This document shows, one piece after another, positions 33,221 to 41,443 of a stretch of DNA of 64,000 bases. Both the position numbers and the translations under genes were made by a program. Origin of the DNA: an uncultured Chloroflexia bacterium (lineage in GTDB: Bacteria > Chloroflexota > Anaerolineae > CG2-30-64-16); the NCBI GenBank assembly GCA_963695715.1, contig CAVOHP010000003.1:12991-76990 (forward strand). Reading direction: 5' to 3'. Numbering within the stretch: position 1 is the first letter of the stretch; each line of letters starts with the position of its first letter. Below the pieces are notes generated by a model. The model made no database searches. It worked only from the letters and a program-made list of their open reading frames with translations, and had not been told where the DNA came from.

Positions 33221-33913
33221 CTATTCAACCTCCGTCGCAACCGGCTCGACCACAACCGAAGGTTCGCCGTCTTCCTGAGGCTCTTCCGCCTTCGGCTCAG
33301 GGGGCAGATGCGCGCAATCATCGCAGCGAATCAACCGGGGCATCATCGAGTTGAACTCCAATTCGGTGATTGACGCCGGCTGAATCACCAACCGCTGAAA
33401 CAGATCGAGCGGTTGCCCGATGTAGAACGCGACCGCCAGCTTGATCGGGTCGCTGTGCGACACCACCACGATCGTCTGTTCCGGGTGATTGGCGACCAGC
33501 GCGTCCAGCGCCGCCACCATACGACCCTGGATCTCTGCGAAACTCTCGCCGCCCGGAAAGCGCGCCCGGCTCGGCGCACCCTGGATCACTTTCCAAAGGT
33601 CGGTTTTGGTGAGGTCTTCGACGAGCAGCCCGGTCCACTCGCCGATGTGCGTTTCACCGATGCCTTCGACCGTAACGACAGGCAGTTGGTGCCGCAGCGC
33701 AATCGCTTCCGCCGTCTCAACCGTGCGGTCAAGCGGGCTTGAATATACCGCAGCGATCGGTTCCGGGGCCAGTCGCTCGGCGACCGCCTCGGCCTGCAAT
33801 CTGCCGTGATCGTTGAGATGCACGTCCGGCGTCCACCCGGCCAGGCGATGCGTCTTCACATAGTCATTCATGCCGTGCCGTATCAGCAATACGCGAGTCG
33901 GTTTCTCCGCCAA
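33221..33913 (-). CDS. MSMEG_4193-family histidine phosphatase / phosphomutase
   Basis: LIRHG, YSSPLDR, VSHSDPIK, LDLFQRL; TTG start after GGAGGAG. Confidence 0.9.
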   Translation of the reverse strand: MAEKPTRVLLIRHGMNDYVKTHRLAGWTPDVHLNDHGRLQAEAVAERLAPEPIAAVYSSPLDRTVETAEAIALRHQLPVVTVEGIGETHIGEWTGLLVEDLTKTDLWKVIQGAPSRARFPGGESFAEIQGRMVAALDALVANHPEQTIVVVSHSDPIKLAVAFYIGQPLDLFQRLVIQPASITELEFNSMMPRLIRCDDCAHLPPEPKAEEPQEDGEPSVVVEPVATEVE

Positions 33914-33914
33914 G

Positions 33915-34955
33915 TCAATCTCCTCCAGCTTCTGAGCTTCGTGAATTGTCGCCCCATTCGAGCGAGGGTTGCGCCCATTCGGGAATTTCATCCTCCAGGC
34001 GCGTTTCCGGCGTCCTGGGAGCGCCGCCCAACCGGCCCATCAGGTCCTGCACGGCCTGCCGGAATGTCTGCGGCGCACGAATCTCCAGCAACGCCGCGCC
34101 TTCGTCAGCCGATATTCGCTCCCCGAATAGACCATACATCTCGCGCACCGCATTCCAGACCCAGGTGTACAGGTCCGCCGCCGTCTGTCCGGGAAATCGC
34201 TCCAACAATCTGCGATTCCGAATGGCCACGATGATGGGCAGATAGCTCGTATTGTACCAGTCCAGGGCGGCATCTTCCAGGCTCACCGTCGCGTCGGGTT
34301 GCGCCTCCAGCATCTGATGGCGATGCGCCTCGACGTGGGCGAGCAACTGGCGATACCCGCCGGGCCGGGTCAGATAGATATCGAGGTTCGGAACCTGGTT
34401 GCCGAGTTGCGTCTCCGCCAGAAACCGGGCGCGCCCGGCCTTGATCAGCGCCTCGTCCAGGGTGTCGCCGGGCTCGAGGCCCGGATCAATCGGGTACTCC
34501 GTCACGTACGCTTCGATCTGGTCGAAGCCGTTGGCGCGCGCCACCGACACGCGGTGATTGCCGTCGGCGACAAAATACACCTCACCGACCTTGAACACAT
34601 CAATGGGCGGCAGGCCCATCGGGTCCTCCATATAACGCTCGACGCGCGCCCACCGTTCCGACATCGCCGAACTGCGCGGCAGGAACGAACTGGTGAAATC
34701 CTTATATCGCCCCACGCTGCCGACAATTTTGTCCAGCGGAATCATCTGCGGCTCGCGGTGGGTAATCTGTTCGAAGGTTTGCAGCATCTTCATCAGTTCG
34801 TCAAACGGCAGCAGATCGTTCTGCTTGCCGCTCAAGCGCGCGGCCAGATCTTCGCGTAACGCCTTGCGGTGCGCCGCGATGAAATGCTCTTTGGAATTGA
34901 TGCGTTCAGCAGCCTTGTTGTCGAACGCCTCAAGAAGCAGTGGACTCATAATCAT
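33915..34955 (-). CDS. ParB/Srx-fold protein (DUF4032-like)
   Basis: IPLDKIVGSVGRY.DF...FLP, LPPIDVFKVGEVYFVADGNHRVSVAR. Confidence 0.8.
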   Translation of the reverse strand: MIMSPLLLEAFDNKAAERINSKEHFIAAHRKALREDLAARLSGKQNDLLPFDELMKMLQTFEQITHREPQMIPLDKIVGSVGRYKDFTSSFLPRSSAMSERWARVERYMEDPMGLPPIDVFKVGEVYFVADGNHRVSVARANGFDQIEAYVTEYPIDPGLEPGDTLDEALIKAGRARFLAETQLGNQVPNLDIYLTRPGGYRQLLAHVEAHRHQMLEAQPDATVSLEDAALDWYNTSYLPIIVAIRNRRLLERFPGQTAADLYTWVWNAVREMYGLFGERISADEGAALLEIRAPQTFRQAVQDLMGRLGGAPRTPETRLEDEIPEWAQPSLEWGDNSRSSEAGGD

Positions 34956-34960
34956 TCACC

Positions 34961-34996
34961 AAAAAAAGCGCCCCGGGAACCACTTCCCCGGGGCTG
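34961..34996 (-). terminator. Intrinsic terminator of tRNA-Glu
   Basis: GCCCCGGGGAA-GTGG-TTCCCGGGGC hairpin followed by T7. Confidence 0.85.
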
Positions 34997-35005
34997 CTTG
35001 CTTGC

Positions 35006-35081
35006 TGGTAGCGGATACGGGATTCGAACCCGTGTCTCCGCCTTGAGAGGGCGATATCCTGGGCCTCTAGACGAATCCGCC
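35006..35081 (-). tRNA. tRNA-Glu (anticodon CTC)
   Basis: GGCGGATTCGTCTAGAGGCCCAGGATATCGCCCTCTCAAGGCGGAGACACGGGTTCGAATCCCGTATCCGCTACCA; cloverleaf, encoded CCA. Confidence 0.97.
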
Positions 35082-35095
35082 ACACAATTACCCCG

Positions 35096-35123
35096 ATTAT
35101 ATGTACGATCTGCCGTCTGTCAA
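35096..35123 (-). promoter_or_regulatory. Consensus sigma70 promoter of tRNA-Glu
   Basis: TTGACA-N16-TATAAT. Confidence 0.8.
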
Positions 35124-35239
35124 GTTGACGGCATGCGCAACTCTTCACACGATGCACTTACTCTACTGCACATGGCGCACGTTTTCCGTGAGCTTAACCA
35201 CCACCGGGGCAAGATCGCCCCGCAGAACGCGAACCGGGC

Positions 35240-35269
35240 TTGCCGTCGGGCGTTTATGTATGCTAGAAT
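35240..35269 (+). promoter_or_regulatory. Promoter of the radical SAM operon
   Basis: TTGCCG-N18-TAGAAT with extended TGn. Confidence 0.6.
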
Positions 35270-35270
35270 A

Positions 35271-35327
35271 CGCGCAGCCTTTCAGCCCGGCTCATACAGA
35301 CCAGCGGGTTCAAATCCCGCCTCGCAA
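35271..35327 (+). pseudogene. Degenerate tRNA-fMet-like sequence with intact T-arm
   Basis: GCAGCCT..AGC, CGGCTCATA, perfect T-arm GCGGG-TTCAAAT-CCCGC, CGCAA; acceptor and anticodon stems cannot form. Confidence 0.45.
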
Positions 35328-35377
35328 GTCATCGCAGGATAGCGCATGCAGCAGTGTTGCGGGAACAAGGAGAACTC

Positions 35378-37336
35378 ATACTGAACACCCCACAACAAAT
35401 CTCCAGAGCCCTCGACAGGGTCCTGCCGTTTGTTCAAAAGCCCGCCCGCTACACCGGCGGCGAGTACAACAGCATCGTCAAAGAGTGGGACGACATCCCC
35501 TATCGGCGTCGCGCTCGTCTTCCCCGATATTTACGATCTCGGCATGTCGAACCTGGGGCTTGCTATCCTCTATGACACGGTGAACAGCCGGCCCGACATG
35601 CTGGCCGAGCGCGCCTATGTGCCCTGGGTAGACATGATCGCCGCGATGCGCGGCGCGGGCATCCCGCTCTACTGCACTGGAGTCGCGCCGCCCGCTCGAC
35701 CAGTTCGACGTGATCGGCGTTTCCCTGCCCTACGAGCAACTCTACACCAACGTCCTGACCATCCTCGATCTTGCCGGCATCCCGCTGCGCGCGGCGGACC
35801 GGACGGACGAGCCGCTGATCCTCGCCGGAGGTTCGGCCTGCCTGAACCCCGAGCCGATGCACGCCTTCTTCGATGCCTTCTTCATCGGTGAGGGCGAAGA
35901 GGCGATCACCGAGATCGTGCGCACCTGGACCGACGCGCGACGCGCGGGCCTCGACCGGACGGCCGGCCTGAAACGCCTGGCGCAGATCGAAGGCGTCTAC
36001 ATCCCGTCATTCTATGAAGCAAGCTATCTACCCGGACGGCATACTGGCCGCGACCGACGGTACGACCGGAGTACGCGGGCGTCGCCCCGCCGGTCGTCAC
36101 CAAACGCATCGTGCCCACGCTGCCGCCGCCGCCCACCCGCTTCATCGTCCCGTTCATCGACATCGTTCACAATCGCGCTGCGCTCGAAATTCAACGCGGC
36201 TGCACGCGCGGTTGCCGCTTCTGCCAGGCGGGCATGGTTTATCGCCCCGTCCGTGAGCGCCCCATCGAAGAAGTGCTGGCCGCGGTGGATGAGATCGTCC
36301 GGCAGACGGGATTTGAAGAAATCGGCTTCCTCTCGCTCAGTTCATCGGACTACAGCGCCGTAGGTGAGCTGGTGAAGGAAGTGGGCGCGCGACACGGCGA
36401 AAAGAAGCTCTCCATCGGGCTGCCGAGCCTCCGCATCGAAACCTTCAGCGTTGATCTGATGGACAGCCTGGAGAACGGGCCGGCGACGGTCGGGGTTCAC
36501 CTTTGCGCCCGAAGCGGCGACCGACCGGCTGCGCGACGTGATCAACAAGCCGATTGCCACCGAGGCCCTGCTCGATGTCGCGCGTGAGGTATACGTCGCG
36601 GCTGGACGACCATCAAGCTCTACTTCATGATCGGGCATCCCACGCAGACGCTTGAAGACGTGGAGGCGATTGCCGATCTGGTGCATGAGGTGCGCAAGAT
36701 CGGCTTCAACACGCTGGGCCGAAAGTCGAGCGTGCGGGTTGGCGTCAGCACGTTGGTGCCGAAGCCGCACACGCCGTTCCAATGGCTGGCCGTCGCCGAT
36801 GAGGCGACGCTATACGATCAGATTCACCTGCTCGAACGCCGGCTGCGCGGGCCGGGGATCGAGTTCAGTTGGAACAGCCCGCGCGAGACGATCCTTGAAG
36901 CCGCCTTGAGCCGCGGCGACCGCCGGCTTGCCGATGTGATTCAGCACGCATGGGAGGCGGGCGCGGGTTTTGACGGCTGGGGAGATCAGTTCAAAGAGTC
37001 CGCCTGGCGTAACGCGTTCGCCCGGCATGGCCTCGAACCGGACTGGTACGCACGCGGCGCGAACGTGCCACCGATGAGGCGCTGCCGTGGGATCACATTG
37101 ACGTCGCCGTGACGAAGCGTTTCATGGTGCGGGAATATGAGGCCGCGCTGGCCGCCGAATCTCTGGCCGACTGCCGGCGCTATCCCGAAGATAGCGGGCG
37201 CGAGCAGGGCAAATGTTACGCGTGCGGCATCCTGACCCAGTTTCGCGACGAACGGCGTGAGACCGACGCGGACGCCTGGGGCTGCCCGCCCCTGAAACCG
37301 CGACGCGCGCCGGTCACGCTTCTCGCGGAGACCTGA
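35378..37336 (+). CDS. TIGR03960-type B12-binding radical SAM protein; multiple frameshifts, start codon uncertain
   Basis: VQKPARYTGGE.N, FPDIYDLGMSNLG, NPEP, IGEGEE, EIQRGCTRGCRFCQAG (CxxxCxxC), FAPE, KLYFMIG.P, PKPHTPFQW. Confidence 0.9.
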
Positions 37337-37396
37337 AAGCCTGGTCGGGATCGGGTCGAACCCGCCCGCAGGCGTTCTCTGTGATCGGAGTTCTAC

Positions 37397-38209
37397 GTGG
37401 AGAGCAATGGCGTCATGACAGTGAATACGGCGTTTGGTGATCGGGTCGCCGTCATTACGGGCGGCGCAACGGGCATCGGGCGGGCGACGGCGCTCGCGCT
37501 CGCCCGAAATGGCGCCGATATCGCGCTTGCAGGTCGGCGCGCTGCGGAGCTGGAAGCGACCGCCGAAGCCGTCCGCGCGCTGGGCCGCCGCGCCGTCGCC
37601 ATCCCCACCGACGTGACCGACCGCCAACAGGTCGAGCATCTGATCGGCGAGACTCTGGCGACGCTCGGCAGGCTCGATATCGTCATTGCCAACGCCGGGC
37701 AGTACGTGCGCTCGCCCATCGAGCCGGGATGCAGCGATGCGTTCGAACAATCCATGGCCGTGAATTTCTACGGCGCGCTCTATCTGATCCTCGCCGCCCT
37801 GCCGCACCTGAAGGCGCAGCGAGACGGCCATATCGTGATCGTTTCCTCCGTGGACGGCAAGAAGGGGCTGCCGACGGATGGGCCTTACGTCGCCGCGAAA
37901 TTCGCACAGGCGGGGCTGGGCGATGTGTTGCGGCAAGAGGTCCGCCCCTACGGGGTGGGCGTCTCCGTGATCTTCCCCGGACGCGTGGATACGCCCATGA
38001 TCGAAACGCTGGAAGTTCCGAAGATTTCGGCCAAGGCTTCACCCGAGATCGTGGCCCAGGCCATCGTCAAGGCAATCCGGCATCGCACGCCGGAGGTCGT
38101 CTTGCCCATGAGTTCCCGGCTGTTCTTGTGGGCCGATCGCCTATCCCCTCATCTCAGTGACTGGATCATCCGGTTTTTCCGCCTTGAAGGTTGGGAGAAA
38201 GCATCATGA
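37397..38209 (+). CDS. Short-chain dehydrogenase/reductase
   Basis: ITGGATGIG, IANAG, VSS, YVAAK (YxxxK). Confidence 0.93.
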   Translation: MESNGVMTVNTAFGDRVAVITGGATGIGRATALALARNGADIALAGRRAAELEATAEAVRALGRRAVAIPTDVTDRQQVEHLIGETLATLGRLDIVIANAGQYVRSPIEPGCSDAFEQSMAVNFYGALYLILAALPHLKAQRDGHIVIVSSVDGKKGLPTDGPYVAAKFAQAGLGDVLRQEVRPYGVGVSVIFPGRVDTPMIETLEVPKISAKASPEIVAQAIVKAIRHRTPEVVLPMSSRLFLWADRLSPHLSDWIIRFFRLEGWEKAS

Positions 38210-39675
38210 CTGCCTTGAACCGATCCGTTGCGACACAGTGGTCTATCGGGGAAACCCATGCCTGGCTGAAGCGGCTTAATGTCGCCTTCCTCCCCGAACC
38301 GGTCACGCCGGTGCAAGCGGCGCTCGCCGAGGGTATGCGCGCAGCCTTTACGGCGCACGGCCATACGGTGCAGACCGCCCCGGATGATACAACGGACCTG
38401 CTGTTCGCCTTTGCGCGTTTCGGCGAGCCGTTGTCGTGGCGCGAAGCCCCGTTCCTCCAGGCGCGGCGGCTCTATCGTTTGCAGCGCCAACCGACCGTCG
38501 TGATGATCCTGCACGCCGGGCGCGATGAGTGGGATCGTTTGCTGGATCACCTGGACGCGGCGATCCGCGTCGAGCCGCCCGACCCGCAAGACTTCGATTA
38601 CCCGGGCCTCGCGCCCTCGGCCTATCGGACGCTGGTCGAACAGGGGCGCCGCGGCGGCCCGGTGCTTGCCGCGCAACGTCTGCTCCAGGCGCAGGTGATT
38701 TGCCTGCGCATCCTGCTGATCGTTGGGGATGCCCGCCCCGACCGCGTGTACCACTTCGATCTGGTCGGCTCACTGGCCTACAGCGAAGGATCCGACGTCA
38801 CCCTGTATGACGACATCATCATGCGCGTCGCCACGGCCGCCAGCGCCGAAGAGATCGGAGCTTACACCGTGACCGGCGAGCCGATCTCGGCTGAAACCTG
38901 GAGCCAGTTGAGCGCGCCGCCTGCCATGCGCCGCGCCAGCCTGGAACTCGACCGGCGCAATTTCTTCACCGAGACGGTCCGCGTTCACGACCTCGTCCAC
39001 GTCCCGGCCTTGTCGGGCGCGATCGCCAATCAGTACAGCGAAGGTTGCTTTGCGACGTGGGAATCGGAAATCGGCGCGCTCATTTCGACGATCACCGGCA
39101 GCGCGCGGCCTGTAGATAAAGGCAACATCACCGATGACGAGCTTGCGATCGTCGTGGGCGTGCGCGCCGACGACACAGGCGTGAACGTCCGCACCGTCGC
39201 CGGCAAACGCAACGATCCGCCCAGCTCCGAAGCCTTCGAGATGGCCGACATAGACCGGTCGTTGCCCTGGGTGCAACCGGACCCGTCGTTCGGCATTTCG
39301 CAACTCGCGCCCATCGTCCGCTCGAAGCTGCACGGCCATCGCGGCATCGCGGCCTATAACCCCGATTGCGTGGAGTACACGCCGATGGACGCGGCTTTCT
39401 CTCGCTATCCGGTCACGTGCGGCACGCGCGGCCAGGCCGAGGGCGTCAGGGCGGCGTTCGCCCGCTCTGAAGCGCTGCGCAACCCGCATGACCCCCGCCG
39501 GCTCGTCTTCACCTTGCTCCCCACCCACGGGCTGTTCATCGTCGAAAAATGGGTTCCCGGCAAGGCCCCGCTCCAGGCGATCTGGGAGGCGATGGACGCC
39601 GGCGATATCGTGATCGAGTCCCGCGTCCCGCAAGGGCCTGACCCATTCATCCCGGAGGCGCGACGTGGCCGCTGA
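38206..39675 (+). CDS. Uncharacterised protein with a probable class II aldolase/adducin-like C-terminal half
   Basis: ATGA-coupled to the SDR; ITGS, PPSSE, KLHGH, LPTHG motifs in aldolase-II order. Confidence 0.6.
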   Translation: MTALNRSVATQWSIGETHAWLKRLNVAFLPEPVTPVQAALAEGMRAAFTAHGHTVQTAPDDTTDLLFAFARFGEPLSWREAPFLQARRLYRLQRQPTVVMILHAGRDEWDRLLDHLDAAIRVEPPDPQDFDYPGLAPSAYRTLVEQGRRGGPVLAAQRLLQAQVICLRILLIVGDARPDRVYHFDLVGSLAYSEGSDVTLYDDIIMRVATAASAEEIGAYTVTGEPISAETWSQLSAPPAMRRASLELDRRNFFTETVRVHDLVHVPALSGAIANQYSEGCFATWESEIGALISTITGSARPVDKGNITDDELAIVVGVRADDTGVNVRTVAGKRNDPPSSEAFEMADIDRSLPWVQPDPSFGISQLAPIVRSKLHGHRGIAAYNPDCVEYTPMDAAFSRYPVTCGTRGQAEGVRAAFARSEALRNPHDPRRLVFTLLPTHGLFIVEKWVPGKAPLQAIWEAMDAGDIVIESRVPQGPDPFIPEARRGR

Positions 39676-40345
39676 ACCCGATACCACGGGCCTGCCGGCA
39701 ACGCAACGCCTGCGGGTGACGTTCGCCACGAACGACGAAGTCAAGTACGTAGGGCATCTCGACATGGCCCGCACCTGGGAGCGCGCCATCCGGCGCAGCG
39801 GGCTGCCGCTGGCCTATAGCCGGGGCTTCAATCCCCAGGCGCGCATCCAATTCGCCGCCGCGCTCCCGTTGGGGTTCACCGGTATGGCCGAGATCATAGA
39901 CATCTACCTGACGGCAAACGATGATCCCGATGAGGCGCTGGCACGTTTGCGCGGGGCTTTGCCGCGCGGGATCATCCCGGTCAGCGCGCAGAGCGTCGAA
40001 CTGGGGCTGCCCGCTTTGCAGGCGCAGACCGTCCAGGCGCACTATTGCGTCGAGGTCGAGACGGATGAAGACGACGATGCGTTTCGCCAACGGCTGACCG
40101 ATTTCATGGCGCGGCCGGAGGCATGGCGCGAACGGCGCAAGGGCAAGGACACCGTCCGCTACGATCTGCGCCCGCTGGCGCTGGAACTCTCGTATACCGG
40201 GCCATCCGAGATCGGCCAATCGTTCGAGGCGTTGATGAGCAATGCGCCGGGCGCCACCGGGCGACCCGACGAATTGCTGGCGGAGTTGGGATACGGCGAA
40301 GCGGCGCGCAAGATCATCCGGACGCGTCTGATTTTCTCGGATTAG
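39665..40345 (+). CDS. TIGR03936-type radical SAM-linked protein (DUF2344)
   Basis: KYVGHLD...WERAIRRSGLPLAYSRGFNP.ARIQFAAALPLG. Confidence 0.92.
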   Translation: MAAEPDTTGLPATQRLRVTFATNDEVKYVGHLDMARTWERAIRRSGLPLAYSRGFNPQARIQFAAALPLGFTGMAEIIDIYLTANDDPDEALARLRGALPRGIIPVSAQSVELGLPALQAQTVQAHYCVEVETDEDDDAFRQRLTDFMARPEAWRERRKGKDTVRYDLRPLALELSYTGPSEIGQSFEALMSNAPGATGRPDELLAELGYGEAARKIIRTRLIFSD

Positions 40346-40355
40346 CGCACACATC

Positions 40356-40380
40356 GTCATTCTGAACGCAGTGAAGAATC
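40356..40380 (+). repeat. REP-like palindromic element, copy 2
   Basis: GTCATTCTGAACGCAGTGAAGAATC, intergenic. Confidence 0.65.
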
Positions 40381-40444
40381 TCGCCTGCCCCGGCAGCGTT
40401 CTGCGCTATGCGTCGGCAAAGTCGAATACATCACAGGAGACAAC

Positions 40445-41326
40445 ATGAAACTACTGACCTTTGAGCGAGACGGAGAGATGCGGGCGGGCGTGTTGATCGA
40501 AGACCAGGTGATTGATCTGGCCGCCGCGCAGCAGGCGCACACCGGCGCGCCGCCCACCTTGACCGGCGTGCGCGAGATCATCGAAGCCGGCCCGGCGACG
40601 TGGGCGCGCCTGGCGGCGGACCTCAAGCATACCGACTTCTCTGCGTTCGCCTGGCCGCTCAAGGGTCTGAAGCTGGCCGCGCCCGTCACCCCGTCCAAGG
40701 TCGTCGCCATCGGCCAGAACTACGCCGATCACGTCAAGGAGCAGGGCGGCAAACTGCCGGAGCGTCCCATCGTCTTCGCGAAGTTCCCCACGACGATCAT
40801 CGGCCCGGAAGATGAAATCCGGTGGGAGCCGGCGCTCTCAGACAAGATTGACTGGGAGGCCGAACTGGCGGTCGTGATCGGCCGGACGGCCCGGCAGGTA
40901 GCCGCCGCAGACGCGTATGACTACGTGTTCGGCTACACGTGCGCCAACGATGTCACGGCGCGCGACATCCAGCGCGATGACGGCCAGTGGGTGCGCGGCA
41001 AGTCGCTGGACACTTTCTGCCCGCTCGGCCCGTGGATCGTCACGCGCGACGAGATTCCCGAACCGCACGGGCTGCGCATCCGTTGCCGGGTCAACGGCGA
41101 GACGGTGCAGGATTCGCACACCGACCAGCTCATCTTCGACATCCCGACCCTGATCGAGTTCCTGTCGCGCTCGTTCACGTTGCTCCCCGGAGACATCATC
41201 CTGACCGGCACGCCGCCGGGCGTGGGGCACTTCCGCAACCCGCCGCGTTATCTGCAGGACGGCGATACGGTCGAAATCCAGGTCGAGCGCATCGGCGTGC
41301 TGCGCAATACGTGTCGAACCGAATGA
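40445..41326 (+). CDS. Fumarylacetoacetate hydrolase family protein
   Basis: IGQNYADH, DWEAELAVVIG, NDVTARD, GKSLDTFCPLGP, GDIILTGTPPGVG. Confidence 0.95.
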   Translation: MKLLTFERDGEMRAGVLIEDQVIDLAAAQQAHTGAPPTLTGVREIIEAGPATWARLAADLKHTDFSAFAWPLKGLKLAAPVTPSKVVAIGQNYADHVKEQGGKLPERPIVFAKFPTTIIGPEDEIRWEPALSDKIDWEAELAVVIGRTARQVAAADAYDYVFGYTCANDVTARDIQRDDGQWVRGKSLDTFCPLGPWIVTRDEIPEPHGLRIRCRVNGETVQDSHTDQLIFDIPTLIEFLSRSFTLLPGDIILTGTPPGVGHFRNPPRYLQDGDTVEIQVERIGVLRNTCRTE

Positions 41327-41357
41327 AACGCACACAGAGATTAACTTCTCTTAATAT

Positions 41358-41386
41358 TTGCAAAATAGTGTAAATTACTTTACATT
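41358..41386 (+). promoter_or_regulatory. Promoter with an overlapping palindromic operator
   Basis: TTGCAA-N17-TACATT; TGTAAA-TTAC-TTTACA at 41369-41384 in an AT-rich patch. Confidence 0.6.
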
Positions 41387-41443
41387 CCAATCCGGCCCTA
41401 ACGTCGCCTCTGCGGCAAAGTCGCACCCAGAGGGTGTTCCGGT

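Noticed and set aside
37338-37376. Second tRNA-like fragment (GGGTTCGACCCG...ACCA on the minus strand)
   Set aside because: The T stem does not pair with a 7-nt loop and no other tRNA blocks are present; better explained as an ordinary intergenic hairpin.
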